DNA of 64,000 bases from an uncultured Chloroflexia bacterium (GTDB lineage Bacteria; Chloroflexota; Limnocylindria; Limnocylindrales; CSP1-4). The DNA is taken from positions 456,713 to 520,712 of the forward strand of contig CAVVJX010000009.1 in NCBI GenBank assembly GCA_963748675.1, read 5' to 3'. The notes under the pieces were generated by a model. It searched no databases. It saw only the letters and a program-made list of their open reading frames with translations, and was not told the origin of the DNA. Both the position numbers and the translations under genes were made by a program. Shown piece by piece: positions 11,301 to 19,926 of the stretch (its first letter is position 1; the number at the start of each line of letters is the position of its first letter).

Positions 11301-11778
11301 CGACGGGGATGGCGGCCGTATCGGCCGCGGCCTCCTCCACCGAGACGTGGACCGGCCAGGACCCGGCGACGAGCGTGGCATGGTCTTCGATGCCCTCGGC
11401 GAAGCCGAGCTCGACGAGCTCCGTCCGAGGACCAGTCTCCGGCCAGGAACGCCTTCCGAAGGAGTCCGAGCGTCCCGACCGCAGGATCGTCCCTCCGACG
11501 TCGCCGAGCGCGCGCTCCAGCTCGGGCGTGACGACGCGGTCGGCGGCCCCGGCGGCGTCCGGGTCGAGGCGCATCGAGACCTCGATGTTCGCCTCGGACA
11601 CCGGCGCATCGGTCATGACCCGCTGCAGGCCGGCGATCGCCACGGCACCCGCGTACATCGGGCCGGCGGCGAGCAGGCTCGCGGCAAGGAGGCAGATCAG
11701 TCCGGCCGACGCGACGATCGGCCACGCGGCCCGGGAGCGGCGGAGGCTCACCTGGACCATGGCGACGAGCGACGACAT
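8380..11778 (-). CDS. very large FtsX-family ABC permease (two FtsX modules, ~270- and ~440-aa extracytoplasmic domains)
   Basis: 1132 aa with the same TM/loop architecture as its neighbour. C-terminal FtsX-type end ...RTGMASALRMGDD. First gene of the four-gene operon. Confidence 0.8.
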   Translation of the reverse strand: MSSLVAMVQVSLRRSRAAWPIVASAGLICLLAASLLAAGPMYAGAVAIAGLQRVMTDAPVSEANIEVSMRLDPDAAGAADRVVTPELERALGDVGGTILRSGRSDSFGRRSWPETGPRTELVELGFAEGIEDHATLVAGSWPVHVSVEEAAADTAAIPVAISENIAVPQGLAVGYRVRLPSRIDPGFTATVVVAAIFRIDDPADPFWWDDPQVLDGQVTSERFETYGPFFTTRERFGARAAAAAEGAQFTWRALPSFESLTLEGTPGLRVRVGQLDQRLEASMEGVPVTVTTSLPDIISTAERSLLASRTGVLVLTVQFVVLAAYAVLLSAALLVEHRRIDTAMLRSRGAGPARIGGLALVEGLLLTVPATIVAPWLAAAALGAFNVAGPLTEIGLRIQPVVTGESYVAAAAAAVVCLIALLLPALPTVRSFASVHGSVTRAETRSLGTRLGLDLALLAVAGLGLWQLRHYGAPLTRSVQGTLGIDPLLVATPAIGFLAGAILALRVIPILAAVIERATARGRGLVSSLGARQLSRRPSRYTRAALLLMLAMAMGVFAITYTWTWSASQVDQATYQVGADARVEPRRAAGGLPAWALGRAYSAVPGLTARTPIDREPVPIAASDTSGEIVGLDATTAASVVVLRGDLATTPVGELLRPLAAERPALEAVPLPGEPSALVVDVALAIDALQQPEIDEVTNELEMVPVDPAVYADVPAIVVSVVLRDAEGHLHRFAGDLGTLGRSPHRLNVPLGDASFPAESTFSYPLELLAVEVELLLPEGLEATEATLTVHGVEVVANGTVAPALLMLERGWRTTASVYGLPQGVVEARNVGAELEVETGTPGFQILRGVDRFGRGTAVTFAPAELAAVSAEPIPVVATDAFLEATAREVGEELRLRIAGIDREVRITGAIRAFPTVDPSRPVLLMDFQTLALLRFEGSSAAAPAQEWWFAVDPSEHEATIDRLRDPSLGSRSVVSLVERSRALATDPVALGIIGVLSIGVVAAGLFAVVGFVTSAAVSARERVTEFALLRALGLSSNQLSGWLSLENATLAAISLVAGTALGLLVAWVALPFVTVTQGAVTPFPPVEVTVPWATIAVLEVIGIVALSGAVIVLAWLLRRTGMASALRMGDD

Positions 11779-11921
11779 CAGGCACGGTCTCCGGGGGTTC
11801 GCGTCGGCGAGCAGCCGAGCGGGGCCGAGTATACGGTCGCAAACCGGTATCGACGGATGTCCATGCCGGTCCGCGACGGTCGTCGGCGGCCCCCGACGCC
11901 AGCGCGACCGATGCTGCGGCC

Positions 11922-12503
11922 ATGGACAACACCGACCTCGCCGCGGCCCGCGTGCGCCGGTTCCTCGAGACGGAACCGGTGATCTGGCTGTCGTCGACCC
12001 GGGCCGATGGCGCTCCGCACCTGGTCCCGACCTGGTTCGTCTGGGACGGCGAGGCGATCGTGATCCTGTCGAAGCCCAGCGCCGTCAAGGTCCGCAACCT
12101 GCGCGCGGATCCGCGGGCGATGCTCGCGCTCGGCGACGCCGATGACGATTTCGACGTCGGCCTCCTGGAGGCCCGGGCCGAGGTCCTGGCCGCGCCGGCG
12201 GCGGGCCTGCCCGCGGGTTTCGAGACGAAATACGCGGAGCGCATCCGCGCGCTGGAACTCACTTCGGCCCAGTTCGTGCGCACCTACGCTCAGGTGATCC
12301 GGCTGGTCCCCGTCCGGGCACTGGCCTGGCACGGTCGGACGACTCCGCTGTCCGTGTTGTCGGCCGCCCGGCGCGTCGCCGCTACCGGGGCTGCGTCGCT
12401 GGCCGAGCCGCGCCGGAGCCGGCTCGACCGGCTCGGGGAGCCGCTGGCTCGCGGCCTCGGTGGACTGCGCCCGAGCTTCGTCGGCCCGGGCCTCGCGATC
12501 TAG
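11922..12503 (+). CDS. pyridoxamine 5'-phosphate oxidase family (PPOX-class, probably F420-dependent) protein
   Basis: 193 aa. ...VIWLSSTRADGAPHLVPTWFVWDGEAIVILSKPSAVKVRNLRADPR is typical of the split-barrel PPOX/Rv1155-like family. Confidence 0.7.
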   Translation: MDNTDLAAARVRRFLETEPVIWLSSTRADGAPHLVPTWFVWDGEAIVILSKPSAVKVRNLRADPRAMLALGDADDDFDVGLLEARAEVLAAPAAGLPAGFETKYAERIRALELTSAQFVRTYAQVIRLVPVRALAWHGRTTPLSVLSAARRVAATGAASLAEPRRSRLDRLGEPLARGLGGLRPSFVGPGLAI

Positions 12504-12560
12504 CGGCGGCGGGGACCGTCTCCGGCGACCCGGGAGGCCGGCGTTCGCCGGCCGTAACGA

Positions 12561-15041
12561 TCAGGCGGGGCTGCTTCCGGCGGACGGAGCGATCCGGCGG
12601 CGCGTCGTGGGGCCGCCGAACGGCCAGCGGAAGGCCGGCTGTTCCCGTGAGACCTCTCCGTCGGCCGATCCATCGGTGATGGCGGGAACCGTCGGTACTT
12701 CAGCGACCGGGAAGACCCCACCGGCGACCAGCTCGGCAGCGACGGGCTTCGCGAAGAAGTAGCCCTGCCCGTACGCGCAACCGAGGTCGCGCATGCGGGC
12801 CGCCTGCTCCGCCGTCTCGATCCCTTCGGCGACGGTCTTGATCCCGAGGGACTTGCCCATCGCGACGATCGCCCCGGCGAGGGCGGCCGTCTTCGAATCG
12901 CTGTCGGGAACCTGGACGAACTCGCTCGCGATCTTGATGACGTCGACGGGGAACTGGCGCAGATGGCTGAGGGAGAAGTAGCCGGTCCCGAAGTCATCGA
13001 TGACGACGCTGACCCCGAGGTCGCGGAGCGCTTCGAGCGTGGCCACGGTCGAGGGCGTCGCCTTGAGCAGCGCCGTCTCCGTGATCTCGAGGCTGAGTCG
13101 CGCGGCGGCCATGCCAGCCTCCGCGAGGGCCTCCTGGACCGCCTCCACGAACCCGGGCTGCTGGATCTCTCGGGCGGAGACGTTGACGCACAGGAAGCTG
13201 TCGGGGTCCAACCCGGACCAGCCGGTGGCCTCGCGGCACGCTTCGCGCAGGACCCATCGGCCGATCGGCAGGATCGCGCCGTTCTCTTCCGCGATCTCGA
13301 TGAACTCACCGGGCGCGACAAGCCCACGCTCCGGGTGCTGCCAGCGGACGAGCGCTTCGACACCGGCGAGGACGCCGTCGCGGAGATCGATGATGGGCTG
13401 ATACACGAGGCGCAGCTGGCCGAGCTCGACGGCGTGCTGGAGTTGGGCGCCAAGCTCGTGACGGTCCCGGATCGCGGTGTGCATACCCGGATCAAAGACC
13501 GCGAAACCGGCCTTCCCGTTCGCCTTGGCCATGTACATCGCCACGTCGGCGTTACGGACGACGTCGTCGGCCGAGTCGGTCCCGTCGCGGGCGCTGGCGA
13601 TGCCGATGCTGGCCGAAACGCTCACGCTGCTGTCGTTGACCGAATAGGGCATCCGGAGCTCGCGCGTCAGTCGCTCGGCCATCGCGAGTGAGCGCTTGAG
13701 ATCTGGCGCGTCGTCGGTCAGGATCGCGAACTCGTCGCCCCCGAGCCGCGCAACGAGGTCGTCCGACCGGACCGAGGCCGAGATCCGCTCGGTGACCGCC
13801 TGCAGCAGGGCGTCGCCCGCCGCATGGCCGAGGGTGTCGTTGACCACCTTGAAATCGTCGAGGTCCACGAACAGGACCGCGCTCACCGTCTGCTCCGGAT
13901 TGGGCAGCGCGGCGACGACCCGCTCGAGGCTCATCTGGAACATCCGCCGGTTGGCGGCACCCGTCAGGGAATCACGCTCCGCAAGATCCTGGACGTCGCG
14001 CAGCAACACGGCGTTTCGCAGGTTCAGAGCGGCGATCGCGCAGGCTTGTCCCAGGACCGCCATGACGCGGCGGTCCACGCCTCGGATCTTCCCTGACGGG
14101 TGCTCGACAACGATGGCCCCGATGGCCCGGCCGTCCGCGATCATCGGCGCGACGAGGAGGTTCCTCGCGCCGGGCATGACGTCGGCCAGGATGGGATCGA
14201 GAGTTGGTTCCAGTTGGCGTACGGCGAGGATCTCGCGGCGGTCCCAGGCGCGGGCCACGATCGCGTCGGGTCGTGAGGTCACGGTGGGCACCTCATCGCT
14301 GCCGATCGCGGCGAGGATGATCATCTGGTCGTCGGACGCACCCAGGACCACGCCGCGGGTGAACCCGAATCGCTCGGCGAGCCCGTCGAGCACGGTGGCG
14401 GATTGACGGACGGGATCCGTCATGTCGTCGAGCCTGGCGCCGATGTCGACGATGGTCTGGAGATCGGCTCGGCGGTGACGGAGCTCGCGTTCGTTCATCG
14501 CGGAGAAGACCGATGTCGCCAGCGCGAACAGCAGGAATGACATCACGTTGAGGAGCGGCATGCGCTCGAATTCGATGGCCGCCCCGGCGACGACATCGAC
14601 GGCGGGGACGAGCAGCGCGGCCTGCGCGTAGAGCACGACCAGGAGCAGCAGCGAGTCCCAGAGCGCCAGCTTGAGGCCGGTGCGGTACGAGGCGAGCAAC
14701 GAGACCGCGACCAGATGCAGGTAGACCAGGAAGCGGAGCGGGCTCTGAGTGCCGCCGGTCACGTACATCGCCCAGGCCAGGAACAGACCGTCGAGGAGGA
14801 TCATGACCGTGATGAGCGGCAGCCCGCGTCGCCTCGACGTCCGTCGGGCCAACTCATTGGCGACGCTCACTGCGGCGTAGATGCCACTGACCGCCAGGAG
14901 CTGGACGAGGTCGATGCCCAGGATCTCGGGCCTGATGATCGCCCAGCCCGCCACGATGATGGCCATCCCGAGGCGAAGAAGCAGGAGCGCTGTCATGCGG
15001 TCGCTGAGGGCGGCGTATTCGAGTCGTTCGGAGGTATGCAT
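12561..15041 (-). CDS. membrane-anchored GAF-GGDEF-EAL protein (diguanylate cyclase/phosphodiesterase)
   Basis: 826 aa with ~6 N-terminal TM helices. RLGGDEFAIL (GGDEF), EALVRW and DDFGTGYFSL (EAL). The ATG overlaps the stop of the upstream gene (TGATG). Confidence 0.9.
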   Translation of the reverse strand: MHTSERLEYAALSDRMTALLLLRLGMAIIVAGWAIIRPEILGIDLVQLLAVSGIYAAVSVANELARRTSRRRGLPLITVMILLDGLFLAWAMYVTGGTQSPLRFLVYLHLVAVSLLASYRTGLKLALWDSLLLLVVLYAQAALLVPAVDVVAGAAIEFERMPLLNVMSFLLFALATSVFSAMNERELRHRRADLQTIVDIGARLDDMTDPVRQSATVLDGLAERFGFTRGVVLGASDDQMIILAAIGSDEVPTVTSRPDAIVARAWDRREILAVRQLEPTLDPILADVMPGARNLLVAPMIADGRAIGAIVVEHPSGKIRGVDRRVMAVLGQACAIAALNLRNAVLLRDVQDLAERDSLTGAANRRMFQMSLERVVAALPNPEQTVSAVLFVDLDDFKVVNDTLGHAAGDALLQAVTERISASVRSDDLVARLGGDEFAILTDDAPDLKRSLAMAERLTRELRMPYSVNDSSVSVSASIGIASARDGTDSADDVVRNADVAMYMAKANGKAGFAVFDPGMHTAIRDRHELGAQLQHAVELGQLRLVYQPIIDLRDGVLAGVEALVRWQHPERGLVAPGEFIEIAEENGAILPIGRWVLREACREATGWSGLDPDSFLCVNVSAREIQQPGFVEAVQEALAEAGMAAARLSLEITETALLKATPSTVATLEALRDLGVSVVIDDFGTGYFSLSHLRQFPVDVIKIASEFVQVPDSDSKTAALAGAIVAMGKSLGIKTVAEGIETAEQAARMRDLGCAYGQGYFFAKPVAAELVAGGVFPVAEVPTVPAITDGSADGEVSREQPAFRWPFGGPTTRRRIAPSAGSSPA

Positions 15042-16787
15042 CAGGCGTCGGCCTCATCGACGAAGAGGACGGTGGTGTCGGCGGCGGTGAGCGGGGCTCG
15101 ACGAAGCTTCGGATCGCGCTCGTCCATGCGCCCCTGGATGATCAGGAAGAACAGGACGGCGAGCATCAGCGCGAGCGGGAACCCGAACGTCTGGGCGATG
15201 GCCGAAGCGGCCTCAGGCTTGACCGCCGTCTTGACTCCCTTGAAGACCTCGGTGACGACGGCGCCGACGAATGCCTGCGGCTCGAACCGGACGGTTCCGC
15301 CAGCGGCTTGACCCGGACTCGATCCGCCATCGGGCGGGGTGGTCGTCGTGCCGCCACCGGTCGGGGCCCCACCTGGTTCGGGGGGGCGCGGTGTCGGCGT
15401 GGCCGTTTGAACAGGCGTGGGCGGCGGCGTGGGCGTCGGCGTCGGCGACTCGACGGGCGTCGGCGTCGGGGTCGGCGTGGGCGTGGGCGACGGATCTGGC
15501 CCCGGCGACGGCGTCGGGCCGGGGGTCGGCTCAGGCGTTGGCGTCGGCGTCGGGCCAGGAGTTGGATCGGGCGTTGGCGTCGGCGTGGGGTCGGGCGTGG
15601 GCACCGGCGTCGGGTCCGGGGTCGGCGAGGGTGTCGGGGTAGGTGTGGGCGACGGTGTCGGCGTCGGCGTGGGCGACGGGCTGGGCGTGGGCGTGGGCGT
15701 TGGGCTCGGGGTCGGGCTGGGCGTGGGCGTCGGGCTCGGCGTTGGCGAGGGCGTTGGGCTCGGCGTGGGCGTGGGCGTTGGGCTGGGGGTCGGGCTGGGC
15801 GTGGGCGTGGGCGACGGAGTCGGGCTCGGCGTTGGCGAAGGCGTTGGGCTGGGGGTCGGGCTGGGCGTGGGCGTCGGGCTGGGCGTGGGCGACGGAGTCG
15901 GGCTCGGCGTTGGCGAAGGCGTTGGGCTGGGGGTCGGGCTGGGCGTGGGCGTCGGCGTCGGGCTGGGCGTGGGCGTCGGGCTGGGCTGGGCGTCGGGCTG
16001 GGCGTGGGCGTCGGCGTCGGGCTGGGCGTTGGCGACGGCGTGGGCGAGGGAGTCGGGCTGGGCGTAGGCGACGGCGTCGGGCTAGGCGTGGGCGACGGCG
16101 TGGGCGGGTCGGGCTCGGCGTGGGCGTCGGCGTGGGCGTCGGCGTCGGCGTGGGCGTCGGGCTTGGCGTCGGGCTCGGCGTGGGCGTCGGGCTCGGCGTC
16201 GGGTCGGCGAAGGCGTGGGGCGTCGGGCTCGGCGTGGGCGAAGGCGTCGGCGACGGGGTTGGACTCGGCGTCGGGCTGGGCGTCGGCGTCGGACCGGCAC
16301 CACCGGACGTGTGCTCGACGACGTCGGCGCGATCGTTGAGCTCCGGAGCGTCAACACCTTCGTCGCATTGGGAGATCGGTCCGTTGATGATGACGCAGAA
16401 GGTGTCGGTACCTGCGACGGTCGGGACGTACGAAACGCTGCACGTCCCGGCGCTGCCGGTATTGCATTCGAGATCCGGGTTGTTGCCCGGCGAATTGATG
16501 TCATTCGGATCGCCAGGCGTGAAGCGGAACCTGACGTGCGAGGAACTGTCGGTGGACGGCACCCCGTCCTCGTCGTACACGCGGGCCGTCAGGGTGACCG
16601 TGGACCCGACTGGCCCTGTGCCGTGCTCGGGCTGGACATCGAGAAACGCCGGCTGGCCCGCCGCCGTCACCATGTCCGCCTCGAAGGGCGTCGCGGGCGC
16701 GACCGTCAAGGCGCACAGGGCAGCCGACACGAGGGCGACGAACGACGCGGTTCTCGCTCGCTTCGATCGGCTGGACTGCGGTCGCAC
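15041..16787 (-). pseudogene. secreted Ig-like domain / ~300-aa (S/T)-P repeat / C-terminal TM-anchor protein; repeat reading frame broken twice
   Basis: GTG 16787 with GGGAG upstream. Signal peptide (ASFVALVSAALCALTVA), then an Ig-like domain (GSTVTLTARVYDEDG). The XP-repeat frame switches near 16105-16108 and 15985-15986. The third frame carries a TM helix ([15 protein letters not shown]) and a cytoplasmic tail. Total length is 3n+1. Confidence 0.6.
15379..16292 (-). repeat. ~0.9-kb low-complexity coding repeat: strict (S/T/A/D/E)-P dipeptide periodicity, with ~60-nt higher-order near-identical units
   Basis: The plus strand reads ggcgtgggcgtcgggctgggc... for ~900 nt. All six frames stay open for long stretches. 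The duplicated block is visible around 15780-15960. Confidence 0.85.
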
Positions 16788-17051
16788 TTTGGCGTATCTC
16801 CCGATGACGGCCCTGGGTCATCTGATCCAGGCAACCGTCCCCCGACGGGCTCCGCAGACTAGGTCAAATGACCCCCTACTCCGAAGGGAGAAAGTAGTCG
16901 CCTCGGTTCCGTGTCGCGGGCAGGACGGTTCCGCGACGCAACGGTGCATCGGTGCAAGTCCTGCCCGGGCCCCATCCGAAGGTCCGGGACTTGGTGGAGC
17001 CGAGGGGAGTACGGATGGTTTCGGTAGGGCGCGCCAAACGAGCCCCGGCGG
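16788..17051 (-). promoter_or_regulatory. 264-nt structured leader/intergenic region upstream of the repeat-protein/GGDEF-EAL operon
   Basis: Lower local GC. A 10-bp stem (16917-16926 with 16958-16967) is mutually exclusive with a 7-bp stem (16913-16919 with 16931-16937). Several further hairpins. No known riboswitch consensus recognised. Confidence 0.3.
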
Positions 17052-18176
17052 TCAGCGAAGCGTCCGCGCCGCATACCCTTCGAGCCGGTCGAGGGCCTCC
17101 GGCAGGTCGGTCCGACCGAACCCCAGCCGGAAGTGATTGCCGCCGAATCCGAATTGCGAACCCGGCAGCAGCAGCACGCCCTCCGATTCGACCAGCCCGG
17201 CGGCCCAATCGTCGATGCCGACGCCCGGCACGGTCAGCCGCGGGAACCCGATCGACCCCGCCCGCGGGCGCACCCAGGTGAAGCGGTCGGCCCACTCGTC
17301 GAAAAACGTGTCGAGGCGCTCCATGTTCGCGGCGACGATTCCCCGAGACCGGTCCAGGACCTGCTCGCGCGCGCGCAACCCGATGATCGCCAGGATCTCC
17401 GACGGCGCCGAGGCGCAGATGGTCGTGTAGTCCTTGAACGACGCGCAGCGTTCGAGCAGGCCGCGATCGCGCGTCGCGAGCCAGCCGATCCGGAGCCCGG
17501 CCATCGCGAAGGACTTCGACATGACGCCGAGCGAGACGCCGCGCTCCGAAGCGTCGGCGGCCGCCGGTAGTCGATCGTCGTCGTCGAATTCCAGGAATCG
17601 ATAGACCTCGTCCAGCAACAGGTACGCGCCGGCTTCCTCGGCGATGGCCACGAGGCCATCGAACGTGGACCGGTCCGGCAGCATGCCGGTCGGGTTGTGC
17701 GGCGCGTTCACGACGATGAGCCTGGTCGCGGGCGTGACCTGCCGGCGGAGGAGGTCGAGATCGAGCGCCCAGCCGGCATCCTCGCGCAGCTCGTGCAAGG
17801 TCACGTCCGCCCCGGTCGCCCGGCCGATCTCGTAGAGGCTCTGGTAGCCCGGCCACGTGACGACGGCGTGATCGCCCGGCCCCAGCAGCACGTTGACGAG
17901 GCAGAAGATCCCCTCCTCCGCCCCGGCGAAGACCAGCACGTCCTCGGGCGCGAGGCCGTCGTACAAGGCGGCGATCTCGCGACGCAGCAGCGGATGACCG
18001 CTCGATTCCGCGTAGCCCAGGGCCAGGCCGTCCCACAGGGCTCGGGTCTCGTCGTCGGCAAGGGCGAGGAGCTCGCCCATCGGATAGCCCTGGACGTCCG
18101 AGGCGCAGAGCAGGTGCTCGACGGAGAACTCCCAGCGGGCGAAGTACCGCTCCAAGGCGAAATCGGCGATGCGCAT
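17052..18176 (-). CDS. class I/II pyridoxal-phosphate-dependent aminotransferase
   Basis: MRIADFALERYFARWEF..., NAPHNPTG, and the PLP-lysine motif SKSFAMAGLRIGW. ATG 18176 was chosen; the upstream extension of the ORF is low quality. Confidence 0.85.
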   Translation of the reverse strand: MRIADFALERYFARWEFSVEHLLCASDVQGYPMGELLALADDETRALWDGLALGYAESSGHPLLRREIAALYDGLAPEDVLVFAGAEEGIFCLVNVLLGPGDHAVVTWPGYQSLYEIGRATGADVTLHELREDAGWALDLDLLRRQVTPATRLIVVNAPHNPTGMLPDRSTFDGLVAIAEEAGAYLLLDEVYRFLEFDDDDRLPAAADASERGVSLGVMSKSFAMAGLRIGWLATRDRGLLERCASFKDYTTICASAPSEILAIIGLRAREQVLDRSRGIVAANMERLDTFFDEWADRFTWVRPRAGSIGFPRLTVPGVGIDDWAAGLVESEGVLLLPGSQFGFGGNHFRLGFGRTDLPEALDRLEGYAARTLR

Positions 18177-18240
18177 CCGCCGATTGTGGCGGAGGGAGTC
18201 GTCGTCCGTGCGCGCATCCCCGATGCCGAGCCGAGCGCCT

Positions 18241-19174
18241 ATGCTCAGGGACATGGTCAGGCTCAACCCGATCGTCGTCGTCGGTTCGCCGACCGCGCTT
18301 GGCGGCCATTTCGGGGGCATGGAACGGTCGCCCGCCGAGTTGCGCGATCACGGGCTGCTCGACCGCCTTGCGACTCGCCTGGACGCGGCGGCTGGCACCT
18401 TCCTGGACCGCGGGGATGCCCGCAACGACCCGGGTTGGGCGCCCGACCCCGACCCGCGGATGAAGAACCACGGGCGCATGCTCGACTACCTGCCGAGGCT
18501 GGCGAGCCACGTCGACCGACGGGCTGGCCGCCGGCGGAGATGGGGCGCGGCTGCTGGTCCTGGGTGGCGACTGCACCAGCCACGCCGGTGCCCTGGCCGG
18601 GCTGCGGCGGGCACGACCAGGGACCCGGCTCGGGCTGGCCTGGTTCGACGCGCACGGCGACTTCAATACGCCGGACACGACCCCCTCGGGCAACGTGTGG
18701 GGGATGCCGTTCGCGATGGCGTGCGGCCGGGGCGATCCCGACCTGGTCGCCGCCGTCGATGGACCGACCGTGGATCAGGCGAACGCCGGGCTGTTCGGCG
18801 GTCAGGTCCTGGACGAGACCGAGTCGCGGATGCTCGCATCAAGCCCGGTCGCGCAGTTCGGCGCCGGGATGCTGGCGGACGACGCCGGACGAGCCGCCGT
18901 CGCCGGCTGGAGCACGTCGGTCGCGAGCCGGATCGACGGGTGGTATGTCGCCTTCGACCTCGACGCCCTCGACGGAGCGGAGGGCTGGGCCGTCGCCATG
19001 CCCGAGCCGGATGGACTGGCGCTGGGCACCGCGATCGAGACCATCCGGGTCATCGCCGCGAGCGGCGCGCCGATCGTCGGGTTCGGGGCGACCGCGGTCA
19101 TGACGGGGAGCGGGGGCGATCTCGCGAAGACCGTCGAGGCCGTGGCGGATCTGGCGGCGGCGGCGCTGGGCTGA
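18241..19174 (+). pseudogene. arginase/agmatinase/formimidoylglutamase-family ureohydrolase, frameshifted
   Basis: N-terminal part in frame 1 (VVVGSPTALGGHFGGMERSPAELR...). The rest is in frame 2 (LLVLGGDCTSHAGALAGL...WFDAHGDFNTPDTTPSGNVWGMP...). Frame 2 has a stop at 18461-18463. The switch is at the GGG run 18521-18523. Length is 3n+1. Confidence 0.75.
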
Positions 19175-19181
19175 GGACCGT

Positions 19182-19197
19182 CCGGCTGACGAGCCGG
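19182..19197. terminator. short GC hairpin between convergent genes
   Basis: CCGGCT-GACG-AGCCGG lies between the arginase-family stop (19174) and the lipoprotein stop (19201). No U-tract. Confidence 0.35.
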
Positions 19198-19200
19198 GCG

Positions 19201-19926
19201 CTACTCCTGGACGAGCACCAGGTCGGCCGCGAGGTCCTTGAACGTCTCGACGTCCAGGCCCTCGCCGATCGCCAGCCAGCTCTGAGCGGCACCACGATCG
19301 ACGACGATGGCGTAGCTCCCGTCGGCGGCATTCACCAGCGCGCCCGACTGGTCTCCGAACGCCGCCGTGCCGGCATCGAGACCGCCCGGCACGCAACCAC
19401 TCGCGTCCTCGCAGAACCCGCCTTCGTGCAGCTCGAGCCGCGCGCCTCCCGGGCCCTGGTAGAAGATCTCGAGCCAGCCGCCCCTGGCCGACCGGTACTG
19501 GCCGTCCGCGACGAACCAGCGGGCCGGCAGGACCGCGCAGTAGACCGGCCAGTCGAATGCGGCCGCTGCGTCCGAGAAGAACGAGCGGTTGTCGTCGTTG
19601 CCACTGCAGGCATCCGCCGATCCGGTCGCGCCCGACGGTGACGGCTCCTCGCTCGCGGGGGTCGTCGGGGCCGAAGACGCGCTCGCTGCGGGGGTCGGCT
19701 CGGGGGTCGGCGCGGGGGTGGCTTCGGCGCTGGGGGTCGCCTCGACGGTCGGTTCCGTGGAGGGCACGGCGACCGAGGGCGAGGGCGTAGGTTCGTCGCT
19801 AACCTCGTCCTGCCCGATGCAGCCCACGACGAGGAAGGCCGCGAGGACGGAGAGAAGCAGCGCTGGGAAGGACCGACGACGGGCCGGACGGGCGGGTCCT
19901 GGCGCGCTCGATCGAGGTCGCGTCAC
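19201..19926 (-). CDS. lipoprotein of unknown function, last gene of the B12 operon
   Basis: The GTG start overlaps the cobC-like stop (GTGA). Lipobox LAAFLVVGC, a P/T/S/A-rich linker, then a ~150-aa Cys-containing globular domain (DWPVYCAVLPARWFVADGQY...). Confidence 0.65.
   Translation of the reverse strand: MTRPRSSAPGPARPARRRSFPALLLSVLAAFLVVGCIGQDEVSDEPTPSPSVAVPSTEPTVEATPSAEATPAPTPEPTPAASASSAPTTPASEEPSPSGATGSADACSGNDDNRSFFSDAAAAFDWPVYCAVLPARWFVADGQYRSARGGWLEIFYQGPGGARLELHEGGFCEDASGCVPGGLDAGTAAFGDQSGALVNAADGSYAIVVDRGAAQSWLAIGEGLDVETFKDLAADLVLVQE

Noticed and set aside
15379-16292. Possible CRISPR array, because of the dense short repeats. Also considered for 34015-34258 and 63790-63852.
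   Set aside because: The repeats are contiguous, with no unique spacers, and have 6-nt/60-nt or 21-24-nt periodicity inside or next to coding sequence. No cas genes are present in the window.
16788-17051. c-di-GMP (GEMM) riboswitch upstream of the GGDEF-EAL operon.
   Set aside because: The conserved GEMM-I/II sequence blocks were not found by eye. Only generic alternative hairpins are present, so it is reported as an unclassified structured leader.
15308-17136. Plus-strand Gly-rich ORFs over the repeat (GVGVG..., GRGRR..., GWAWA... translations).
   Set aside because: They are mirror frames of the minus-strand X-Pro repeat. They have no start or RBS context and no N- or C-terminal non-repeat domains, whereas the minus strand has a signal peptide, an Ig-like domain and a TM anchor.
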